This document shows positions 39,232 to 47,016 of a DNA stretch of 64,000 bases, one piece after another. Under the pieces are notes generated by a model, which worked only from the letters and a program-made list of their open reading frames with translations, was not told the origin of the DNA and made no database searches. The number at the start of each line of letters is the position of its first letter. Position 1 is the stretch's first letter. Where the stretch lies: positions 124,001 through 188,000 of the IMG/VR virus record IMGVR_UViG_3300045974_000132. One strand, given 5' to 3'. The position numbers and the translations under genes are program-made.

Positions 39232-40491
39232 AGTTCCACCTTTAGGGCATATCAAAGAAAGTATCTGACAACCCAATTGCTTTTGCTTTAGCTCTTAGTT
39301 CATCACTAATGCCCGGTTCGAGCGTCCAAAAATCTTCAGGAGACTTAACTACTAGATCAGCCTTAGCAAAGCAAGGTTGTCCATAGATAGCAGTAAGCTG
39401 CTTTTCAGAGCTTACATACAAGGGCTTAGAAAAGAACTTCTTGGCACCACGACGGGTCTTAAACAACAATGAGTTAGGAACGCATGTTGCATCTACCTGC
39501 TCACTTGTGTAATATCGGCCTACGAGCTTAATACGAAGTTTAGGTTTGTATCGTGCATCACCCTTAGTGATACGAATGTTGCTTATAGTGCCTATGCTGC
39601 ATGTGAGGAATTTAGTATCGGCACCTGGTATCATAACGCTATGGTCAATTTCACGAACGTAGATTACACTCATTTGAAGCCTGCATCAAAGAAGGTGTTT
39701 AGCAGCCAGCGTTGAAACCAAGACTTGGCCTGAACTAACTTCCACCCTTCTTGCTGGGCACGCCAGGACGGATGAAACACGCCGGTGTTGCACTCAATCA
39801 CAGCAGATCGTATGTCGGCACCCGAGTGATAAACACAACAAGCTTGATTGTGTTCGACAACGATACCTAGGTCGAGAAACTCAGGCTTGCGAGGTTGTAG
39901 ATTGCCGTAAGCTAGTTTTAAATTGTTAGTCATGACAACCTCTGAACGTTGTATAAAGTATGCCCATCATACTTGTAATAGTAAGGACCATAGTCAGGCA
40001 GAAGAGAGGGCACCCAGATTTTAACAACTGTCTCACCGTCATCATCGGAATACCCAAGTAAAGCTAAAGCTGCTGCCGCTGCTAGATAGTAGTTACCTGT
40101 TTTAACTGAGACCTGTTGTTCAGCACCCTCATTAATCCTAACATGAAAGGTGTTGAGTTTTAGTTTGAGTTTTTCTTCGTCATCATCAGAAGCCATCTTG
40201 AGCCTCACGTTCACGTTTATAGTATGTTAGTACCGCATACTCTTTCGATTACCCGGTAGATTCTTTAAGCCTTCACGCAACTGTTTAGCTCTAAGCTTCG
40301 GCTTCTCAGTAGGCTCAATAACTTCAGATTTAGGCAAATAGAAAGTTTGAATTCGATTGTCACGGTGGTGTGGACAATTGTAGCAACTACCTGTGATAGT
40401 TAGACTCTCGCTTTGCTTAAAGCAAGGTCCTGTGTATGCGCACCCAGTAACAGATATAGGAGAAGAACAAAACATACACTACCTCATGTGT

Positions 40492-40581
40492 TGGCGGGAG
40501 CGGTGGGATTCAAACCCACGAATGTGTTTCCACATTGCCGGTTTTCAAGACCGGTGTATTCAATCGCTCTACCACACTCCC
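40492..40581 (-). tRNA. tRNA-Ser(UGA)
   Basis: CCGGT-CTTGAAA-ACCGG, long variable arm, G73-CCA; A19/U56 instead of G19/C56. Confidence 0.92.
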
Positions 40582-40588
40582 TAAAACT

Positions 40589-41713
40589 TTATGCCACTAG
40601 AACATCCCGCAATTTTGTTAGCATTTCAACCTGATGCTTGTAATGAGCTATCTCGAAGTCCAGTTGTTGAACAGCGAGTGTTATCTTGTTGCCTGCGATA
40701 GAACTAGGCGGAAAGTATTCGCTATTTTCAAACATCGTAACGCCAGGACTTTTAAGTACAGGACGTTCAAGAGTAGCATGACCCGCAACACAGCAACCTG
40801 ATGCTTCACCGATGGGACCTAAACTAGAAAGAGTCGTTTGTTGCCACTTAGGATCAGCTGCGATCATTGCATCATCAGCGGCAGTGAAGTCTTTATGTAC
40901 AACGGGCTCAATCTCTACCTTAGGCCGCTTTGAATCATAGTAAGCAGCAACAGTAGGGTACGGAAGCAACTCAGTGTCAGTAGCGAGTGTCTTATCAAAG
41001 GGATACGCAAACTTGTTAGACCACTTGAAGTAGGGCTTACGGAAGTCTGTATCGTTCTTGTCAGCATACCCTTGCTCTACAAGCTTGGTCATAACCGAGT
41101 ACAAAGAAGTCTTTGGACATTGCGTAATGGCAACCATATCGTCAAGTGTAAGAGCAGGCTCAGCACGGAACTTGAACAGAGCAAGAGCAGCAGCCCCCAG
41201 GCTCTTAGAGCGATGCAGATCACCGAATGGGAGACGCTTGTCACCTTGCACAACCTGTGTAGAGGCTTGAACTTGCTGGGTAGACATAGTTGCAATCTCC
41301 TTCAGAACGTCAGTAGGGCTTTCTACAACAAGAGCTACTTTAGTATTTGGGCCACTATCCGCAGGAACTTCATCATGCTTACCCGGAACTACTTTGAAAG
41401 AGGTTTCAGGAAAGGTCTCACGCAAACTCTTCGGTTCAAACTTAGCTTTGGATGCAGCCCAAGGGTCTTCTTTGCTACTAGTAGGAGTGGGCTGAATAGT
41501 GTCAGCATAATCCTTAGAGGTAGTGACAAGGAAGTGTAAGCCACTCTTGTTATACATCCAGCCTTGATGCTTGGCTGCATGAAGACCTAGAGACAGTTCT
41601 TGCTTCTCCCCAAAGGTCTTACACTTGGCCCAAAGAGCTTCGGTACTAATACCGATAGGATGTTGAGCTAAGACACTACGGAGTTCATCTTCTTGATCGG
41701 TAGAAAGTTCCAT
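40589..41713 (-). CDS. hypothetical protein with putative winged-helix domains
   Basis: LTLDDMVAITQCPKTSLYSVMTKLVEQGYA is wHTH-like. Confidence 0.6.
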   Translation of the reverse strand: MELSTDQEDELRSVLAQHPIGISTEALWAKCKTFGEKQELSLGLHAAKHQGWMYNKSGLHFLVTTSKDYADTIQPTPTSSKEDPWAASKAKFEPKSLRETFPETSFKVVPGKHDEVPADSGPNTKVALVVESPTDVLKEIATMSTQQVQASTQVVQGDKRLPFGDLHRSKSLGAAALALFKFRAEPALTLDDMVAITQCPKTSLYSVMTKLVEQGYADKNDTDFRKPYFKWSNKFAYPFDKTLATDTELLPYPTVAAYYDSKRPKVEIEPVVHKDFTAADDAMIAADPKWQQTTLSSLGPIGEASGCCVAGHATLERPVLKSPGVTMFENSEYFPPSSIAGNKITLAVQQLDFEIAHYKHQVEMLTKLRDVLVA

Positions 41714-41964
41714 AACAACCCCTGTTTATTATTTTTTTGAGTATTGACGACGCTGATTAGGGCGCGTTAACACCCGTACAGCTACCTCCAGCGGAACACC
41801 CAAACAGCCACAAACTAAGGCAGCATCTTGAACAAAGCCCATTTCAGCTATTCGGATCGCTTTTTCAACTTCCCGTGCAGTTTCAAAATCAGTACGTTTC
41901 ACTTTAGCAGATTTCATAGTTATACCACATAAATTTTCTATAGAGCCTTAAATTAGAAAGCTTA

Positions 41965-42297
41965 TGTGGTAAGACTCAGAAGTGCTTAACACCGTCTGAG
42001 TCAAACCGGTGTAGCTTGCGTTGTGCCAAGCAGCAATTCTCGATGGGATAGTATTGAGAAAAGCCGCATTGACTGCACCTTGCAAACTACTGATTATTCT
42101 CGCCTAAAGCGCATGGTCATCACCCTTATATAATGTTCTATATGTATGCTTGTATATAGAACCCTACTTAGATTTAAGAACTATATTAGACGTAACATTA
42201 AGTTACCCTCCAAAAGAGTTCGCTATGAGCGTAGCGGGAGCTTCTGTTCACAAGCTTGCCGGCCCGACTCTCACGGGCAGTACCTAGGGCGAAGAGT
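41965..42297 (-). ncRNA. putative structured ncRNA region
   Basis: Non-coding, hairpin-dense (GACTCAGA/TCTGAGTC, TTCTC/GAGAA, GTTCTATAT/ATATAGAAC, CGCTA/TAGCG). Confidence 0.45.
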
Positions 42298-42303
42298 TAA
42301 AGA

Positions 42304-42738
42304 CTACTTCTTCTTTTTGCTACCGAACGTCATCTTCTTGTAGTCAGAAGGAACGACCAGAGCTTCGGGTTTGATACCACGCAACGAAGGCAGAGGCATC
42401 ACGATACCAGCCAGAGGCAAGTAGTTGGACGACTCGTTACCGTAGTCAATAGCAGTGTCAATATGAGCAAGCATACGCTGGGCTTCAGCGATAGAAGCAC
42501 GGGCATTACGAATCGCCACAACTTGCTGAAACTTGACCGTCTCTGCCTGGTCGATGATAGCGATGATCGAATCAGCAGCACGTTCTGCCTTTTCAACGTC
42601 ACGCTGCTCCAGACGCTTCTTCATAACCGCTTGCAAATGCTCAGGAAGCTTCTCGCTGACTTTGGCTTCCTTCGACAAGTCGGTGTCAGCCAGCATTGCC
42701 AAAGCTTCGAGATTGATTTGGTTGGTACAACACGACAT
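42304..42738 (-). CDS. hypothetical coiled-coil protein
   Basis: 144 aa ORF with AAGGAG SD. Confidence 0.65.
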   Translation of the reverse strand: MSCCTNQINLEALAMLADTDLSKEAKVSEKLPEHLQAVMKKRLEQRDVEKAERAADSIIAIIDQAETVKFQQVVAIRNARASIAEAQRMLAHIDTAIDYGNESSNYLPLAGIVMPLPSLRGIKPEALVVPSDYKKMTFGSKKKK

Positions 42739-42757
42739 ACGTTTTCTCCTTGGAAAG

Positions 42758-42973
42758 TTATGTTTGCATTTCAGTTAAGATTACCTTAACGCCTTTAAGA
42801 CGTTCAGCAATCTCAGGATCAGACTTAGCCAATTTCTTAGCATTGTGAGTCTCACCTAGCTGGACTACAACTTCGCAGCCTAGAGACTCTAAATAATGAG
42901 CTATAGCAGCCATTGCATAGCCTTTACCGGACTTATCAGGCCCTTCAATACTCACTCTTAGAGTATCGGGCAT
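42758..42973 (-). CDS. small P-loop protein (thymidylate-kinase-like N-terminus only)
   Basis: VSIEGPDKSGKG; only 71 aa. Confidence 0.55.
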   Translation of the reverse strand: MPDTLRVSIEGPDKSGKGYAMAAIAHYLESLGCEVVVQLGETHNAKKLAKSDPEIAERLKGVKVILTEMQT

Positions 42974-42983
42974 ATTAAACTCC

Positions 42984-43802
42984 TTATGAAGTAGCTGCCA
43001 CTATATGAATAGAAGGAGCAGCAAGTTTTGCATACAACTCAGTCACACCGTTTTCTTTATACAAGTGCGACAAGAAGGAACGAACAAAGCCTGAACGAAC
43101 AATGTCTTCTAACTGAAAGACTGTTATTGGGATGTCAAAGCCATTACGTTGGGCAAAGGCATGCAACCACAAAAGCCCACTTTCTCCCTTTAGATCGTTT
43201 TGGAAGGGATCTCCAAGAAGTACAATACGACCTGACTCATAGCGAGTAATGATTGCGATCATGTCCTCTTCGTCAAGGTTTTGAGCTTCGTCAATGATTA
43301 CAAACTTGTTGATGAATGAACGCCCACGTACATACTCAAAGGGAAGCATTTCAATCTGCCCTTTGTTAAGCATGTAATCTACTTTAGGACCAAGATGGCG
43401 ACGTAAGCTATCAAGAATAGGCATTAGCAAAGGAGTCATCTTATCTTCTTTGCTGCCTGGCAAGAAACCTACTGTTTCACCGCGCAACACATTAGCGCGT
43501 GTTAGAACAAACCCATCAACAAGGTCTGCTAAAAACATCTGAGCAGCAACCCCTGCTGCACAGTATGTCTTACCTACGCCCGCTGGCCCAATTGCCGCAC
43601 ATACTTCACTGTCCTTAAGAGCATTGATAAAATGACGCTGATTAACAGTCTTGGGAAGGAGTTCAACACGCCACGATTCGCGCTCACGAAACTTTTTATG
43701 CTTCTCACTTTCGGCTATACGCTCAAGATCCCGCTGCGTGTCACGGAGTCGACTCTTATTAGAGGACTTAGGGATACTCTTGACCTTATTGCTGCGCGCC
43801 AT
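42984..43802 (-). CDS. phoH: PhoH-like ATPase
   Basis: GPAGVGKT, GFLPG, RGRSF, IIDEAQN, GDPFQND, DIVRS. Confidence 0.95.
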   Translation of the reverse strand: MARSNKVKSIPKSSNKSRLRDTQRDLERIAESEKHKKFRERESWRVELLPKTVNQRHFINALKDSEVCAAIGPAGVGKTYCAAGVAAQMFLADLVDGFVLTRANVLRGETVGFLPGSKEDKMTPLLMPILDSLRRHLGPKVDYMLNKGQIEMLPFEYVRGRSFINKFVIIDEAQNLDEEDMIAIITRYESGRIVLLGDPFQNDLKGESGLLWLHAFAQRNGFDIPITVFQLEDIVRSGFVRSFLSHLYKENGVTELYAKLAAPSIHIVAATS

Positions 43803-43842
43803 ATTGAACCTTTGATGATATGGGAGGAAGAAACTTTAAACT

Positions 43843-44340
43843 CTGTACGACTCTCAGGTGGGGTCTAGCTTGCAAGGCCAAACCACACGAGGCAGTCGTG
43901 CACAACTACTTCTATTCACTAGAGCAAGGTAATAGCTTACCTATTAATCTATGCTAGGTTGCTCTAGCTAACCGTCCGACCTTTGGCTGTCGTCCCCGCT
44001 CAAGCTGGCTTCACTGAGTTTCCTCTCCACTGTCTCGATCTGCTGCTCCGAAGAGCTTCAACAAGGACACGCTTGACCCACTGTGCAATCTAAATACTCA
44101 GCTAGACACCTAAGGGGATAGGTACCGGCTTATGCTAGACCGTTACAAGTATTCGATAAGATTAACAACTTTCCATCGACGTACCCTAGCGCGTATAACG
44201 AAATCACGGCTCCAACATTGTAAGACTTTCCAATCATTGCTTAAACCGCTGTACCCTGGCCGGGGCCTTCAATTCTGCTATACTCGGGCTATTCGGTAAC
44301 TGACTACACAGACTACTCTTGCATTTTTCGGTGGTGGCCT
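43843..44340 (-). ncRNA. large ornate ncRNA candidate (ROOL-like)
   Basis: About 500 nt ORF-free, multi-hairpin region between tRNA-linked genes; family assignment from recalled resemblance only. Confidence 0.5.
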
Positions 44341-44601
44341 TTAATGTGCGCCTCACGGCGTTAAGGTTTCTGCAATTTTTGTATTTCTTCAAATCTACCT
44401 AAAGCTGTGGCCAGTTCAGCGCGAGCTTTACCCACTTGCTTTTCAGCAACACCGTATAGGTGCGCATGAGCAGCATCCCAAGTGTCGAAGCGTAAAATTT
44501 CGCGCATCGCAGGAGGATTAAAGTCAGACGCAACCTCTTCACGACTTATATTAGTTGATATACCTGGGTAGCGTAAAACAAATTGAATTTTAGTATCCAT
44601 G

Positions 44602-45180
44602 TTAACTACCTGCGCGTCGTTTTGCATCGTTAAACTTAGATAACTGATCTTCAGTTAAGAACTGTTCCCAGCCCTCTAAGATTAGATCCGGATGAGAAGA
44701 CAAGATTGAAACAATGTCATTCAAGTCTTTGAACTCGCGCTTCAACGTGTTAGCACCAAACAACTTTAGAACAACCATTGCCTCCTTAGAAGCAACAAGT
44801 ATCCCGTCATGGTTTACTGCGGTGTGTATCACCTTCTTAGCAACGGGTATAGGTAGTTCAATTGAAGCAGGTGTTGTAAGCTCAATATCAACCTGCGTTT
44901 TGTTTTCTTGAAAGGCACCTGGCCTATAACGCTTGAAGCCCTTGACTTCAGTAGGTACTAAAGCTTTACTAAGAAACAGAAGGTCTACGTCTTCAGTGTA
45001 ACGAGGCTTTGCATAGAAAGACATTGCAAGTCCGCCGATTAAAACACCGGGAGCTTCTGTACCTACTTTAGATTTAATCCAAGCAAGTAAAGCATGTTGC
45101 ACTTCAGGAACTAAGGCTACATGCTTTACCTCAGATACTGCCGACGCATACACAGACATGTTACGAAGTATCAGTTCCAT
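44602..45180 (-). CDS. AbiEii/MenT-like nucleotidyltransferase
   Basis: LIGGLAM...PRYTEDVDL and LKL...KDLND motifs of the DNA polymerase beta-like NTase fold. Confidence 0.75.
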   Translation of the reverse strand: MELILRNMSVYASAVSEVKHVALVPEVQHALLAWIKSKVGTEAPGVLIGGLAMSFYAKPRYTEDVDLLFLSKALVPTEVKGFKRYRPGAFQENKTQVDIELTTPASIELPIPVAKKVIHTAVNHDGILVASKEAMVVLKLFGANTLKREFKDLNDIVSILSSHPDLILEGWEQFLTEDQLSKFNDAKRRAGS

Positions 45181-45193
45181 CGTTGCTCCTAAA

Positions 45194-45274
45194 GAAAGAA
45201 GACCGGGCTTCCACCGGCAGCAAGATTAAGCCGAAGCAACCTCTCTGCGTCAGATTTGGTATCCGACGACTTTC
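45194..45274 (-). ncRNA. tRNA-like cloverleaf RNA
   Basis: GAAAG/CTTTC closing stem, CGTCGGA/TCTGACG arm, TTCG-capped arm, GCCGG-TGGAAGC-CCGGT T-arm-like. Confidence 0.45.
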
Positions 45275-45309
45275 TGGTAGGCCCGGTCAGACTTGAACTG
45301 ACGACCAAA
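45275..45309 (-). pseudogene. 3' half of disrupted resident tRNA (Ile2-like)
   Basis: TTTGGTCGTCAGTTCAAGTCTGACCGGGCCTACCA. Confidence 0.9.
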
Positions 45310-45323
45310 TACTTAAACTAACT

Positions 45324-45401
45324 TAGTGGGCCCAACTGGATTTGAACCAGTGACCCTCCGGTTATGAGCCGGGCGCTGCTAACCAACTGAGCTATAGGCC
45401 C
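45324..45401 (-). tRNA. tRNA(CAU), probably Ile2 (or elongator Met); encoded end CTA not CCA
   Basis: GGGCCTA/TGGGCCC, CCCGG-CTCATAA-CCGGA, TTCAAAT. Confidence 0.88.
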
Positions 45402-45402
45402 T

Positions 45403-45993
45403 CTAAGTAAGCTTTCGTCCTCTACCTAGCTTAGGCAATAGAGTACGGCAAATTTTGGTATAGCTGCTTTTAACATGACTATAAGTATCACCGCGCAACA
45501 TTGAGAACAGGGTAAGAGGATGCACATCTAACTCTTCTGCTAGTTCATGATGGGACAATTCATACTCAGAAAAGTATTTCCTAAGGCGTTTAACTTCACT
45601 ATCTAAAAACTTTGAATTAGGTCTAAGCTCACCTCGAGGATCAACGCGCAAACCTGTTGCCAGTGCGTGTTTCACATTACCGGAATTAGTTGTCAATTCA
45701 AGATTTGTTAATCGACAGTTAGCTTTAATCCCATCACGATGGTTTAACTGTAGTTCAGAGTCCTCTGGTATCCCCTTAAAGTGCGCCCATACAAGCCGGT
45801 GCAATTGTATCTGACGAATCTTTTTAGAGTTAGGATCTTGCCAAGATAGCTTTCGATATCCTTTTGAAGAAGGAGTCTTAGCTACTTCCTTACCTGAAAT
45901 CAAATTAAAAGCTTTACCAGACTTCGTAACTTTTAACTTACCTGAGTTTATCAGGCTAAGAAAGAAGCGTTCATTTCTAAGGTTTGCCGCCAT
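45403..45993 (-). CDS. HNH homing endonuclease with C-terminal HTH
   Basis: LHRLVWAHF...NHRDGIKANCRLTNLELTTNSGNVKHA; GELRPNSKF; LSHHELAEELDV. Confidence 0.9.
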   Translation of the reverse strand: MAANLRNERFFLSLINSGKLKVTKSGKAFNLISGKEVAKTPSSKGYRKLSWQDPNSKKIRQIQLHRLVWAHFKGIPEDSELQLNHRDGIKANCRLTNLELTTNSGNVKHALATGLRVDPRGELRPNSKFLDSEVKRLRKYFSEYELSHHELAEELDVHPLTLFSMLRGDTYSHVKSSYTKICRTLLPKLGRGRKLT

Positions 45994-46033
45994 GAGGTTA
46001 GAGCAGAGTAGTGGTATAGCTCATAAATTAGTA

Positions 46034-46065
46034 TCCTCTGCTCTGACCAACTGAGCTACAGGCCT
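46034..46065 (-). pseudogene. 5' half of disrupted resident tRNA (Ile2-like)
   Basis: AGGCCTGTAGCTCAGTTGGTCAGAGCAGAGGA; acceptor pairs with CGGGCCT at 45279-45285. Confidence 0.9.
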
Positions 46066-46074
46066 AAAACTTTA

Positions 46075-46226
46075 TAAGGTTGCTTACATTCTCGATCACC
46101 TACCACCAGTAAGTCAGTGTCGATAGTTGTGATACGCTCAACGTGCAGCCCACAACTCCTATGCACGTTAAAGCTCAACTTCATCTGGACTATACATCGA
46201 CCAGTCTAGGTGTTAAGCAAACCTTA
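46075..46226 (-). ncRNA. putative stem-closed structured RNA
   Basis: TAAGGTT(T)GCTTA(A)CA closing stem; internal AACGTGCA/TGCACGTT. Confidence 0.5.
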
Positions 46227-46496
46227 TTGGGTAGCAGCAGCTTCGTAATAATATTCCTTGAAGTGCTTTAAGAAATCTGACAGCGTAGATTTGATAGTCA
46301 CCTTAGGGCGGAAGCTATCGTCAAGCATCGTATTAAAGGTTTCTTCAACAAGAAGGATTAACTCAAACATGTCCATCGAGTCTAAATCTAAGCCTTCTAA
46401 AGTATCAGACAGACTTGCTTTGCAGGAACGATCATCTGAAAACAGTTTCAGGAATTGCTCTTGCAAAACATCTTCTTTCAGTTTTAAATTAGTCAT
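46224..46496 (-). CDS. second acyl-carrier-protein-like protein
   Basis: LDLDSMDMFELILLVEETF. Confidence 0.75.
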   Translation of the reverse strand: MTNLKLKEDVLQEQFLKLFSDDRSCKASLSDTLEGLDLDSMDMFELILLVEETFNTMLDDSFRPKVTIKSTLSDFLKHFKEYYYEAAATQ

Positions 46497-46507
46497 AGCA
46501 CAAATGA

Positions 46508-46537
46508 AGAAACAGGATGACCGAAGCCACCCTGTTT
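46508..46537 (-). terminator. terminator hairpin
   Basis: AAACAGG...CTTCGG...CCTGTTTCTT after the histone-like gene. Confidence 0.55.
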
Positions 46538-46553
46538 ATCAATACCTCGAAGG

Positions 46554-46928
46554 TTACTGACGGGACTTGCGTGAAGACTTCTTGCCATCCTTGGAACCGC
46601 GCGAAGACTTTTCGGCCTTCTTCGGTTCAGCAGCAGCGGCCGCTTTCTTAGCAGCACGGGTAGAAGTCTTGGCCGGAGCAGCAGCCTTAGCAGGAGCAGC
46701 TTTGGCAGCAGCAGCAGCAGCTTTGGCCGGGGCAGCTTTGGCGGTTGCCGCAGCAGCACGGGTAGAGCGAGCCGGAGTCTTTTCGCCAGCGGTGCCGATT
46801 GCCGAAGATTGAGCAATAGTTTGATTGACAGCTTCGACAGCATCAGCAACAGCCTTCTTGGCAGCGTCGATAGCTTTGTTGGCAGCAACCAGAGAAGAAA
46901 TAGCCTTCTTGAGAGTACGAGAATTCAT
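46554..46928 (-). CDS. histone H1-like Ala/Lys-rich protein
   Basis: AKAAPAKAA repeats. Confidence 0.75.
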   Translation of the reverse strand: MNSRTLKKAISSLVAANKAIDAAKKAVADAVEAVNQTIAQSSAIGTAGEKTPARSTRAAAATAKAAPAKAAAAAAKAAPAKAAAPAKTSTRAAKKAAAAAEPKKAEKSSRGSKDGKKSSRKSRQ

Positions 46929-47016
46929 TGTTGTATTCCTTATATATGTAAAGTTGGGGAGAACATTACGCCCTCCCCTTTAAAACAGACTACTTGGTTA
47001 GTGCAATGAGACGGAA

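Noticed and set aside
45310-46033. Group I intron in the tRNA anticodon loop
   Set aside because: The insert is fully occupied by promoter, HNH and a complete tRNA; no P/Q/R/S core, and the anticodon loop itself is missing
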